From an uncultured Chloroflexia bacterium (GTDB lineage: Bacteria > Chloroflexota > Limnocylindria > Limnocylindrales > CSP1-4), in contig CAWEHL010000004.1 in assembly GCA_963808895.1 (NCBI GenBank), positions 559,972 to 623,971 on the forward strand: a stretch of DNA of 64,000 nt. The letters are read 5' to 3'. The notes beneath the pieces were generated by a model. That model ran no database searches. It was not told the DNA's origin and saw nothing but the letters and a program-made list of their open reading frames with translations. Position numbers and translations under genes: made by a program. Positions 56,383 through 64,000 of this stretch are shown one piece after another (the stretch's first letter is position 1; each line of letters begins with the position of its first letter).

Positions 56383-56913
56383 ATGACGGTCCAGGCACTG
56401 CGTCGGGGACGACCCGAGGTGCTGGCCGACCTGCTCGACCGGTACGGCCGGGAGATGCAGGCCGTGGCCTACCTCGTCGTTCGCGACCGGGCCGCGGCCG
56501 AGGACATCGTCGCCGACAGCCTGCTGGCGGCGCTCGACCATGGTCGCAGTCTCCGTGACGACGATGCCCTGCGACCGTGGCTGCTCCGGATCGCCACCAA
56601 CAAGGCGCTTCGATATCGCCAGCGGGCCGCGCGCATCGTCGAACTCGAGGTCGTCGATGGCGCCGCCGCCGAGCACATCGGACCGACCGCCGACGACTCG
56701 TTGGCGCTCTGGCAAGCCGTCCGCGACCTGCCGCCTCGGATGCGTGCCGCGATCGGCCTGCGCTATTACCTCGACCTGCCGGTCGAGACGGTGGCCGAGG
56801 TGCTCGATGTCAGCCCGAACACCATCAAGACCCAGCTGAAGTCGGCGCTCGCGCACCTGCGGACAGCACTTGCCGACGAACCGATGCCCGTCGCGGAGGT
56901 GCGACATGCGTGA
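56383..56913 (+). CDS. ECF RNA polymerase sigma factor (third in window)
   Basis: ggaggctgg SD then ATG 56383; region 2 AVAYLVVRDRAAAEDIVADSLLAAL...PWLLRIATNKALRYRQR; region 4 AAIGLRYYLDLPVETVAEVLDVSPNTIKTQLKSA. Confidence 0.85.
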   Translation: MTVQALRRGRPEVLADLLDRYGREMQAVAYLVVRDRAAAEDIVADSLLAALDHGRSLRDDDALRPWLLRIATNKALRYRQRAARIVELEVVDGAAAEHIGPTADDSLALWQAVRDLPPRMRAAIGLRYYLDLPVETVAEVLDVSPNTIKTQLKSALAHLRTALADEPMPVAEVRHA

Positions 56914-58774
56914 GCTCGACGACGCCGCCCTCGAAGGTCGCCTCCGCGAGGTCCTGAAAGAGCGTCTGGGAGCGCTGCGGCTGGACCTTACCGTCGAAGC
57001 TCTTGATCAGCGCAGGGAGGCCAAGGGGGCTGCCCGACGATCAGGCCGGGGTCGAGGCATCACACTTTTTGCGGCCGCGGCCCTGTTGCTCGTCGGCGGG
57101 GCGTTGGCAGCGGGCTCCGGACTCCTGCGGCTGCCCTCGGTCGTCCCGCCCGTGCCGGACCCATCGGTCGTTGCAGTCGCTACGGCATCGCCAGATGCGA
57201 CGTCGCCCAGCCCGAGCGTCTCCGCTGAACCATCGGCCACACCGATCCCTCCCGCGGGTCCGGGAGGGGCGTGGATCGCCACCGGGACGATGGGCACGCC
57301 TCGCTCTGGAAGCGAAGCACTGCGGCTCCTCGATGGCCGGGTGCTCGTAGTGGGTGGCAGCGGGGCCGAATCCGACCGGCCCACCGCGGAGTTGTACGAC
57401 CCGGCCAGCGGGACATGGTCAACCACCGGAAGCATGCTCAAGGGCATGGCCGGCTTCCCGCTCACGCTGCTGCGGGACGGCCGGGTGATCGTCGGGGATA
57501 CGGACGACATCTCGGCAGATGTCGTGATCATCGGCGCCGAGGTGTACGACCCCGCGACCGGAGTTTGGTCGTCGGCGGGGAAGGTGTGCACCTATGAGGG
57601 GTATGAGTTCAGCCGGACCGCCACGCTCCTCCGCGACGGCCAGGTCCTCTTGGTATCCCAGTGCGGCGCACAGCTGTACGAACCGGACAGCGGAACCTGG
57701 TCCGGGGCAGGGAAGATGATCACACCGCGCCACGGCCACACGGCCACGTTGCTGCCCGACGGCAAGGTGCTCGTGGCAGGCGGGTCGGACGGAGGCGCTC
57801 GCGCCGGTCGCGGAGGCGCGCTGGGCTCGGCCGAGCTGTACGATCCCGACACGGGGTCCTGGACCGCCGTCGGAAAGCCGATCGACACTCGTCGGAAATG
57901 CGGATCCGGCGACACTACCGGCGACAATACGGGCGGCTGCGAGAGTGGGTATGCCTGGGCCACCCTGCTACCGGACGGAACCCTGCTCTTGGTGCCGCGC
58001 GGCGGTTCCGAGTTCAACGCCGAAACCTTCGACCCAGCGACCAGAACCTGGACGGAACTCGCTGGGCCAACCGAGTGCGGCACCCCAAGGGCATTGTTGT
58101 CGGATGGTACCGTGCTGATAACAGACCTCCTGGATCCCTGTACCGATCTCTATGGGTCCTGTACGGCTGCGGCGCTGTATGACCCGCGCACCGGGTCGTC
58201 GACGACCGCTTCGAGCATGCCCCGGTGCCGCAGCTCGTTCACGCTCCTGCTCGATGGCACGATCCTCGTGGCAGGTGGCCGCGACTGTAACGACGACGGC
58301 GTGTGTGGCGCGACGCGCGCCGCGGAGCTGTACATCCCTGCCGGCGTGTCGCCGCCACCGTTGCCAGCCTTCCCGAGCCCGACTCCGCCGGTCTTCCCGA
58401 GCCCGACCCCTGTCCCGAGCCCGACCGCGAGACCGACGCTTTTCCCGCCCGCGGCGGGTCCCGTCCCACCAAACCCGCGGAGCTGGATCGTCACGGTCGA
58501 CAACAACAGCTCAAAGCCGGCGGCGCTGTTCGTGGCCGAGGAGGACGGGCATGGGGGGTTGCGGCTCGTCGGGTCCGCGACGCCCAACGTGGTCCCAGGC
58601 GGCGCCACCGTCAACGTGACCTTCCGCTTCCCTGCCAAAGGGGGTCCCGACGGATGGATCTACGTGAACGCGCGACCGGGCGAGGGAGGATCGTTGGTCC
58701 ACGCGGCCGACATCGGCATCCCAGGCAAGATCGTGATCACAGCGGACGGCCAAGCGGGCTGGTTGAGTCCCTAG
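56906..58774 (+). CDS. putative anti-sigma factor with TM helix, Kelch-repeat beta-propeller, Pro-rich linker and C-terminal beta-sandwich domain
   Basis: ATG 56906 overlaps sigma stop by 8 nt; TM ITLFAAAALLLVGGALAAG; repeated ELYDPASGTWS / EVYDPATGVWS / QLYEPDSGTWS / ELYDPDTGSWT / ETFDPATRTWT / ALYDPRTGS Kelch blades. Confidence 0.75.
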   Translation: MRELDDAALEGRLREVLKERLGALRLDLTVEALDQRREAKGAARRSGRGRGITLFAAAALLLVGGALAAGSGLLRLPSVVPPVPDPSVVAVATASPDATSPSPSVSAEPSATPIPPAGPGGAWIATGTMGTPRSGSEALRLLDGRVLVVGGSGAESDRPTAELYDPASGTWSTTGSMLKGMAGFPLTLLRDGRVIVGDTDDISADVVIIGAEVYDPATGVWSSAGKVCTYEGYEFSRTATLLRDGQVLLVSQCGAQLYEPDSGTWSGAGKMITPRHGHTATLLPDGKVLVAGGSDGGARAGRGGALGSAELYDPDTGSWTAVGKPIDTRRKCGSGDTTGDNTGGCESGYAWATLLPDGTLLLVPRGGSEFNAETFDPATRTWTELAGPTECGTPRALLSDGTVLITDLLDPCTDLYGSCTAAALYDPRTGSSTTASSMPRCRSSFTLLLDGTILVAGGRDCNDDGVCGATRAAELYIPAGVSPPPLPAFPSPTPPVFPSPTPVPSPTARPTLFPPAAGPVPPNPRSWIVTVDNNSSKPAALFVAEEDGHGGLRLVGSATPNVVPGGATVNVTFRFPAKGGPDGWIYVNARPGEGGSLVHAADIGIPGKIVITADGQAGWLSP

Positions 58775-58830
58775 GCGTCGGCAAGGGTCTTCGTCCGTGG
58801 GCGGAAGAGGAGGGGCTGCGTGCGATGTGG

Positions 58831-58903
58831 CGCCCCCGGACGGATTCGAACCGCCGACGCAGGCCTTAGGACGGCCTCGCTCTATCCACTGAGCTACGGG
58901 GGC
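58831..58903 (-). tRNA. tRNA-Arg (anticodon CCT)
   Basis: GCCCCCG-TA-GCTCAGTGGATAGAGCG-AGGCC-GTCCTAA-GGCCT-...GGTTCGAATCC...CGGGGGC-G; 73 nt cloverleaf with 7-bp acceptor stem. Confidence 0.85.
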
Positions 58904-59060
58904 GAGGCCGACATCGTACCCCGGGCCCCGTACGGCTTGGGAACCAGGGCCTGTCTCCCGGCGTCAACGGGCCCAAGCCGTCGTGCCTCCCTGCGACGGC
59001 TTGCTTCTTGCCCACCGCTGACCGGCCGCCAACCGACTCCGACCTACAATCACCGACGCC

Positions 59061-59360
59061 ATGGCCGACGCTCCTCTCCCCCATCTCATCCTGTACAGCC
59101 GAGCGGGCTGCCATCTGTGCGATGAGGCGCGTGACCTACTGCACGCACTCCTCGAGGACCGAGCGAGACAGGGCCTCGCGACGCCCAGGCTGACCGAGAT
59201 CGATATCGAGTCCGACCCCGACCTCGAACGGCGCTTCTTCGCGACGATCCCCGTCGTCGAGCTTGGCGACCGACGGCTCGAGCTCGCGACGAGCGCCGCC
59301 AAGCTCCGCCGATTGCTGAGCGACGTCCTCGATGGGAGCGCGGCAACGACCCCCGCATGA
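59061..59360 (+). CDS. glutaredoxin-like thioredoxin-fold protein (CxxC)
   Basis: LILYSRAGCHLCDEARDLL...ATIPVVELGDRRLE. Confidence 0.7.
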   Translation: MADAPLPHLILYSRAGCHLCDEARDLLHALLEDRARQGLATPRLTEIDIESDPDLERRFFATIPVVELGDRRLELATSAAKLRRLLSDVLDGSAATTPA

Positions 59361-60181
59361 CGTCCGGTACCGATCTCACGATCCTCGTCGCGCTCGCCGC
59401 GGGCCTGATCAGCTTTCTCTCCCCATGCGTGCTGCCGCTCGTGCCGGCGTACCTGGGACAGTTGAGTGCGATCGCCGTCGCGGGTGGCGGGCTGCCCCGG
59501 CCGGGCCGATGGCTCGCCGTGCGTCATGCGATCGCATTCGTCGTCGGGTTCACGGCGGTCTTCGCGCTGCTCGGGCTGACAGCGACCTACCTTGCCCAGG
59601 GCCTGGTCGATATCCTGCCGGTCCTCCGCGTCGTCGGCGGGGCGACCCTCATCGTCCTGGGGCTGAGCCTGGCCGGGATCCTGCACATCTCCGCCCTCGA
59701 ACGGACGTGGCGTCCGCTCGATGCCGGCGCTGCCGGAAGCCTCGCGACGACGACGGGCTCGATCGCCCTGTCCAGCGGCGGGCCGGATGCGCGCCCCACG
59801 ATGGGCGATCGACTGGGGGGCGCGCTCGTCGGCTCGAACGGCGGGCTCCTCGCGTCCTTCGGGCTCGGTTCGATCTTCGCGATCGGCTGGACGCCGTGCA
59901 TCGGGATCATCCTCGGCGGGATCCTGACGATGGCCGCGACGAGCGGCACCGTCGCCCAGGGCACGCTGCTGCTGATCGCGTACTGCATCGGGCTCGGCGT
60001 TCCGTTCTTGATCATCGCGCTCGCCTACGACCGGGCGCCGACGCTCATCCGGCCGCTCCTGCGCCACGGCCGCACCGTCTCGTTGATCGGTGGGCTGCTC
60101 GTGTCGGCGATCGGTGTCGCGATGGTGTTGGACCTGCTGCGTCTGGCACCGCGCTACTTCCAGTTCCTGACCGCGATCTGA
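59357..60181 (+). CDS. ccdA: cytochrome c-type biogenesis protein CcdA (DsbD-like thiol-disulfide transporter)
   Basis: LISFLSPCVLPLVPAYL and GWTPCIGIILGGIL motifs; 6 TM helices. Confidence 0.85.
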   Translation: MTSGTDLTILVALAAGLISFLSPCVLPLVPAYLGQLSAIAVAGGGLPRPGRWLAVRHAIAFVVGFTAVFALLGLTATYLAQGLVDILPVLRVVGGATLIVLGLSLAGILHISALERTWRPLDAGAAGSLATTTGSIALSSGGPDARPTMGDRLGGALVGSNGGLLASFGLGSIFAIGWTPCIGIILGGILTMAATSGTVAQGTLLLIAYCIGLGVPFLIIALAYDRAPTLIRPLLRHGRTVSLIGGLLVSAIGVAMVLDLLRLAPRYFQFLTAI

Positions 60182-60182
60182 C

Positions 60183-60903
60183 GTGACGTCGGAGAGCCAG
60201 CGGCCGGCCTTCACCCATCGACCCGCCCGTCACGGGCTGATCGGGCCGTTCAGCGGGCGCCAGCTGCTGGCCGGGGCGATCGCCGTTCTGGTCATCGCGA
60301 TCATCGGCGTCGTCGTCACCACGCCACTCGGCAATACCGCGAACCGGCCTGACCTCATCGACCCGCTCGCGACGCCGTTCCTCATCGGCGAAGCGCCGGC
60401 CGAGGGGTTGCAGGCGGGTCAGCAGGCACCCGAGCTGTCCATGGACCTCGGCGACGGCAGCACATATCAGCTCAAGGATCTCGACGGGAATCCGGTTCGA
60501 CTCGCCGACCTCCGAGGCAAGGTCGTGTGGCTGAACTTCTTCGCGTCTTGGTGCCCCCCATGTCAGCAGGAGACCCCGATCCTGCGCTCGCTCGCGGACA
60601 CGTACCGCGATCGCGGGCTCGAGGTGGTCGGCGATCAGCGTCCAGGAGACCACGGCAGCCGACGTCAAGGCATACGCCGATCGCTACCGCTTGCGCTACA
60701 CGATCGGCTTCGACGGTTCGGGAAACGTGCTGCGCGAATACCGCGTGTTCGCGCTGCCGACCCAGTTCTTCATCGACACGAACGGCACCATCCAGCAGGT
60801 CGTGAGCGGCCCGGTCGACGAGCAGGGAGCACGAGCGTTGATCGAGTCGATGCTGCCGGGCAGCCCCGCGCCATCGGGATCGCCGTCGCCGGTCGCGTCC
60901 TAG
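60183..60903 (+). CDS. TlpA/ResA-like thiol-disulfide oxidoreductase; apparent +1 frameshift (extra g) near 60631
   Basis: TM anchor; RGKVVWLNFFASWCPPCQQETPIL...DRGLEVVG then the native sequence ISVQETTAADVKAYADRYRLRYTIGFDGSGNVLREYRVFALPTQFFIDTNGTIQQVVSGP...* continues in the +1 frame to TAG 60903. Confidence 0.75.
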
Positions 60904-61766
60904 ATCGGGACGAAGCGGAAGCGGTCTCGGTCGCGCTCGATCCTGCCGATCGGGTGCTTGCGTTCGTGCGAGAGGACGACGTACCAGCCCTCGTCAGCGG
61001 CCTCGGCGAACAGCTCGGCCTTCTTCGCGACCGAGTCGAGCGGGAAGTCGTCGAACGCCGTGACCCAGCGCGGGTTCGCCGCCCACGGGCGCATGAACAG
61101 GTCCCCGAAGAAGACGAGCGTCTTGGCGTCGTCGCCGCTCCCGCTCGCGACGACCGCCTGATGCCCGGACGAGTGTCCGCCGGTCGGCACGACCTTGACG
61201 CCCGGGAGCAGCTCCTTCTCCCCATCCGCCTCGCCCTGTTTGCCCCAGGCCTTGACCAACTCGAGCTCGGGCTGGACATACGAGGCGACGAGCCGCGGGT
61301 TGTCGCCGAGCGCCACATCCCACTCGGCCTGCTGGGCGACGATCGCCGCGTGCGGGAAGGCCTTCTCACCATCTGCCCGCAGCAGCCCGCCGGCATGATC
61401 GAAGTGGAGGTGGCTGAGCGCGACGAACGAGACGGTCTCGGGAAGGAACCCCGCGGTCTCGAGTGCGGGCAGGATCGCCGGGCCCTCGTAGACGCGCATC
61501 GCGCGGGTCTTGTCGTCGACCCGCTCGCCGATGCCGGTCTCGACGAGGACGCGTCCTGACGGGTTCTCGATCAGCAGGCAGTTCAGCGCTTGCAGGATCC
61601 GGTTGTCGGCGTCGATCTCGTCGGTGACGAGGTCGTTCCAGAGCAGCCGCGGCACCGGCCCGAAGAGCGCCCCAGCGTCAGACCGAAAGGTCCCGGCCTG
61701 GACCAACGCGACACGCGTGCCGCCACCGAGGTCCGCCAGCCAGTCGACGGCGTCGTTGATCGCCAT
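60900..61766 (-). CDS. MBL-fold metallo-hydrolase
   Basis: ALSHLHFDHAGG (HxHxDH), GGHSSGHQAV. Confidence 0.85.
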   Translation of the reverse strand: MAINDAVDWLADLGGGTRVALVQAGTFRSDAGALFGPVPRLLWNDLVTDEIDADNRILQALNCLLIENPSGRVLVETGIGERVDDKTRAMRVYEGPAILPALETAGFLPETVSFVALSHLHFDHAGGLLRADGEKAFPHAAIVAQQAEWDVALGDNPRLVASYVQPELELVKAWGKQGEADGEKELLPGVKVVPTGGHSSGHQAVVASGSGDDAKTLVFFGDLFMRPWAANPRWVTAFDDFPLDSVAKKAELFAEAADEGWYVVLSHERKHPIGRIERDRDRFRFVPI

Positions 61767-61770
61767 CCCG

Positions 61771-62358
61771 CTACGGCTTCTTGTCGTTCGTACCGTCGAA
61801 GTCGCGGTGGAACGCGGAGGCGGTCGGTTCCTTCTGTCCCTGGTATCGGGATCGCAGTTCCGGCGAGCCGTACGGCCGCTCGACGGCGGATGACATCTTG
61901 AAGAAGGAGATCTGCCCGATGCGCATGCCGTAGTAGAGCGCGATGGGCAGGTTCGCGACGTTAGACAACTCGAGCGTTAGGTTGCCTTTCCATCCCGGAT
62001 CCACGTACCCCGCGGTGGAGTGGATGAGCAGCCCGAGGCGCCCCAACGACGACTTGCCCTCCAGGCGAGCGACCAGGTCGTCCGGCAGCTCGACCCATTC
62101 GAGCGTCTGGCCGAGCACGAATTCGCCGGGATGGAGGATGAACGGCTCGTCGTCGCCGACCGTCAGCAGTTCGGTCAGGTCGGGCTGTGGCGCCCGGACA
62201 TCGATATACGGGTAGCGGTTGTTCCGGAAGACACGGAACGACCGATCGAGATGCAGATCGACGGACGACGGCTGGAGGTCCTGCGCGTCGTACGGCTGGA
62301 TGGTGACGCGGCCATCATCGAGCGCCGCGCGGATGTCGCGGTCGGAGAGGACGCTCAC
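61771..62358 (-). CDS. dcd: dCTP deaminase
   Basis: [23 protein letters not shown]..., ...[29 protein letters not shown]. Confidence 0.9.
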   Translation of the reverse strand: MSVLSDRDIRAALDDGRVTIQPYDAQDLQPSSVDLHLDRSFRVFRNNRYPYIDVRAPQPDLTELLTVGDDEPFILHPGEFVLGQTLEWVELPDDLVARLEGKSSLGRLGLLIHSTAGYVDPGWKGNLTLELSNVANLPIALYYGMRIGQISFFKMSSAVERPYGSPELRSRYQGQKEPTASAFHRDFDGTNDKKP

Positions 62359-62831
62359 GCGACGGGCTGCCCTTCCCCTTTCTCGGCGTAGAGGTTGTCG
62401 ACTTCGCGCTTGAGGTCCTCGAGATCCTCGAAGCTCTGGTAGACGCTCGCGAATCGGATGTAGGCGATCTGATCGAGCGCCCGCAGCGCCTGCATCGAGA
62501 GGGCCCCGACGCGCGATGACGGCACTTCGGTCATGCCTTCGGCACGCAGCTCGGCCTCGATCCGGTCGCCGGCGATCTCGGCCGCGTTCTCGGGCACGGG
62601 CCGCCGCGTCAGCGCCTTGCGCAGCCCCATGACGAGCTTGTCGCGGTCGAACTCCTGGCGCGTCCCGTCGCGCTTGACCACGACGAGGCGGGCCGCCTCG
62701 ATCCGCTCATAGGTCGTGAAGCGTGTGGAACATGCCGTGCATTCGCGTCGACGCCGAATGGTCGCCGAGTCATCGAGATCACGCGAGTCGACGACGCGGG
62801 TGTCCCGGTCGCCGCATTGGGGGCAACGCAT
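62355..62831 (-). CDS. nrdR: transcriptional repressor NrdR
   Basis: [17 protein letters not shown]...[15 protein letters not shown] zinc ribbon plus ATP-cone. Confidence 0.9.
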   Translation of the reverse strand: MRCPQCGDRDTRVVDSRDLDDSATIRRRRECTACSTRFTTYERIEAARLVVVKRDGTRQEFDRDKLVMGLRKALTRRPVPENAAEIAGDRIEAELRAEGMTEVPSSRVGALSMQALRALDQIAYIRFASVYQSFEDLEDLKREVDNLYAEKGEGQPVA

Positions 62832-62852
62832 CGCTCTCCTGTCGTCTCGACA

Positions 62853-62901
62853 CCACTAGGACTTGTGGTGTGGCGGGAGCATACCACTACATGGTGTGGT
62901 C
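62853..62901. promoter_or_regulatory. two NrdR-box-like palindromes (CCACTAGGACTTGTGG and CCACTACATGGTGTGG), centres ~31 bp apart, just upstream of nrdR
   Basis: CCAC-N8-GTGG palindromes at 62853-62870 and 62884-62901; NrdR boxes are described as tandem 16-bp palindromes with about this spacing. Confidence 0.5.
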
Positions 62902-62954
62902 CGGAGCCGTCCGTCAGAGACGGAAACCGGCAGAGGCCGACCGGCGGCAAGCGG

Positions 62955-63527
62955 TCACGGACGGGACGTCGGCGCGGGCGCCGACCCCTTCGGCGCGGCC
63001 TCGACCGGCGGGACCTCGAGCTCCTCGGCTGCCGCGGCGTGGCGGACGATCGCCTCGCGGGCGTGCACGAGGTTGAGATACCCGCGTTTGACGGACGTCT
63101 GCGCCTCGAGCTCGCGACCTCGGCGGCGCGCCTGGGCGAGGATCGTCGCGCCGTGACCCACCATTTCGAGCGCGCGGCCTGCCCGTTCGAGATCCTCGAC
63201 GATCGCGTCCCGGATCGGCTCGCCGGCCTTGGGTCCCTTGATCGTGCGCGCCTCGTCGGCGTAGCGCTCGACGGCGTCGGTCGCGGCGGCGATCGTGGGC
63301 GGGAGCGCTTCGGCGCTGAGCTGACCGCGTCGCATGGCATCGATGCGGCCCACAGCACCTTCGAGCGATTGATCGATGCGCGTCGTCAGCTCGCGCACGG
63401 CCGAGCGGAAATGTTCGACTTCGCGTGTCCGCGCGACGATCCGGCCGGCCCGGCGCAGGACGACAAGGACACCGAATGCCAGCGCGGCGAACGCCGCGAC
63501 TGGCAGGAGGACCGTGAGCTCACCCAT
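62955..63527 (-). CDS. hypothetical membrane-anchored protein
   Basis: N-terminal TM LTVLLPVAAFAALAFGVLVVL then helical Arg/Ala/Glu-rich domain. Confidence 0.5.
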   Translation of the reverse strand: MGELTVLLPVAAFAALAFGVLVVLRRAGRIVARTREVEHFRSAVRELTTRIDQSLEGAVGRIDAMRRGQLSAEALPPTIAAATDAVERYADEARTIKGPKAGEPIRDAIVEDLERAGRALEMVGHGATILAQARRRGRELEAQTSVKRGYLNLVHAREAIVRHAAAAEELEVPPVEAAPKGSAPAPTSRP

Positions 63528-63546
63528 GCTCAGAGGTCCTCAACCG

Positions 63547-64000
63547 TCAGCCGGCGCGCGCCCGCAGCTGGGCGAGCAACGCATTCCCGACCTCGACCAG
63601 GTCACCGATCACGATCATGTCGGCGAAATCGGCGATCGGGGCGTCGGGGTCCCGATTCACCGCGATGATCGTGGATGCGGTCTGCATCCCGACCTTGTGC
63701 TGGATCGCGCCGCTGATGCCCATCGCGAGGTACAGCTGGGGCTTCACGATCTTGCCCGTCTGCCCGATCTGCTGGCTGTACGGGATCCAGCCGGAATCGA
63801 CGGCCGCGCGGGTCGCCCCGACCGCACCACCGAGCGCGTCTGCGAGATCGCGGATGAGTCCGAAACCGTCCGGCCCGCCGACCCCTCGCCCGCCGGCCAC
63901 GATGATCCGGGCGTCGTCGATCTGGGCGGCTTTCGTCTCGGCGTCGAGCCGATCGACGATGGGTACGGCGGGCTGCTGCAGCTCGCCCGTCACGGTCGTG
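63547..64000 (-). CDS. etfA: electron transfer flavoprotein alpha subunit, C-terminal part (gene continues beyond window)
   Basis: ...IIVAGGRGVG...WIPYSQQIGQTGKIVKPQLYLAMGISGAIQHKVGMQTASTIIAVNRDPDAPIADFADMIVIGDL. Confidence 0.85.
   Translation of the reverse strand, partial: TTVTGELQQPAVPIVDRLDAETKAAQIDDARIIVAGGRGVGGPDGFGLIRDLADALGGAVGATRAAVDSGWIPYSQQIGQTGKIVKPQLYLAMGISGAIQHKVGMQTASTIIAVNRDPDAPIADFADMIVIGDLVEVGNALLAQLRARAG

Overview
This is a high-GC (about 70%), Actinobacteria-like chromosomal segment with two distinct parts. Positions 1 to about 23,000 are a mosaic accessory region. They hold a minimal ATP-dependent DNA ligase gene broken by two +1 frameshifts (14424-15109), plus three further copies of its last 60-160 nt (247-336, 3588-3750, 17672-17750). 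A second family of gene-end fragments occurs at 2590-2809 and 20404-20552; the second copy is fused to a ligase motif-V piece. There are also duplicated and triplicated small genes, a dispersed ~100-nt repeat family, patches of lower GC, and a degenerate tRNA-Val 5' half at 22921-22963. A sensor kinase / multi-receiver / receiver-cyclase operon (6982-10379) carries at least seven frameshifts. From about 23,000 to 64,000 the genes are mostly intact and core-like: RNA methyltransferases, a flavoprotein disulfide reductase, asparaginase, an MFS transporter, DUF881/DUF951, an oligopeptide-binding protein, cysS, a GT2 whose N-terminus mimics the CysRS C-terminal domain, a class-II UvrA cluster, a two-component pair, a vanadium-haloperoxidase-family protein, tRNA-Arg(CCT), ccdA with a resA-like gene, an MBL hydrolase, dcd, nrdR with two NrdR-box-like palindromes, and a partial etfA. 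Three ECF sigma factors are each start/stop-coupled to a single-pass membrane protein carrying a large extracytoplasmic beta-propeller (TolB-like twice, Kelch once). Many genes carry single-base (+1) frameshifts or in-frame stops. Raw sequence alone cannot tell whether these are real gene decay or assembly errors, so both readings are kept open. No CRISPR array, rRNA or intact transposase or integrase gene was seen.
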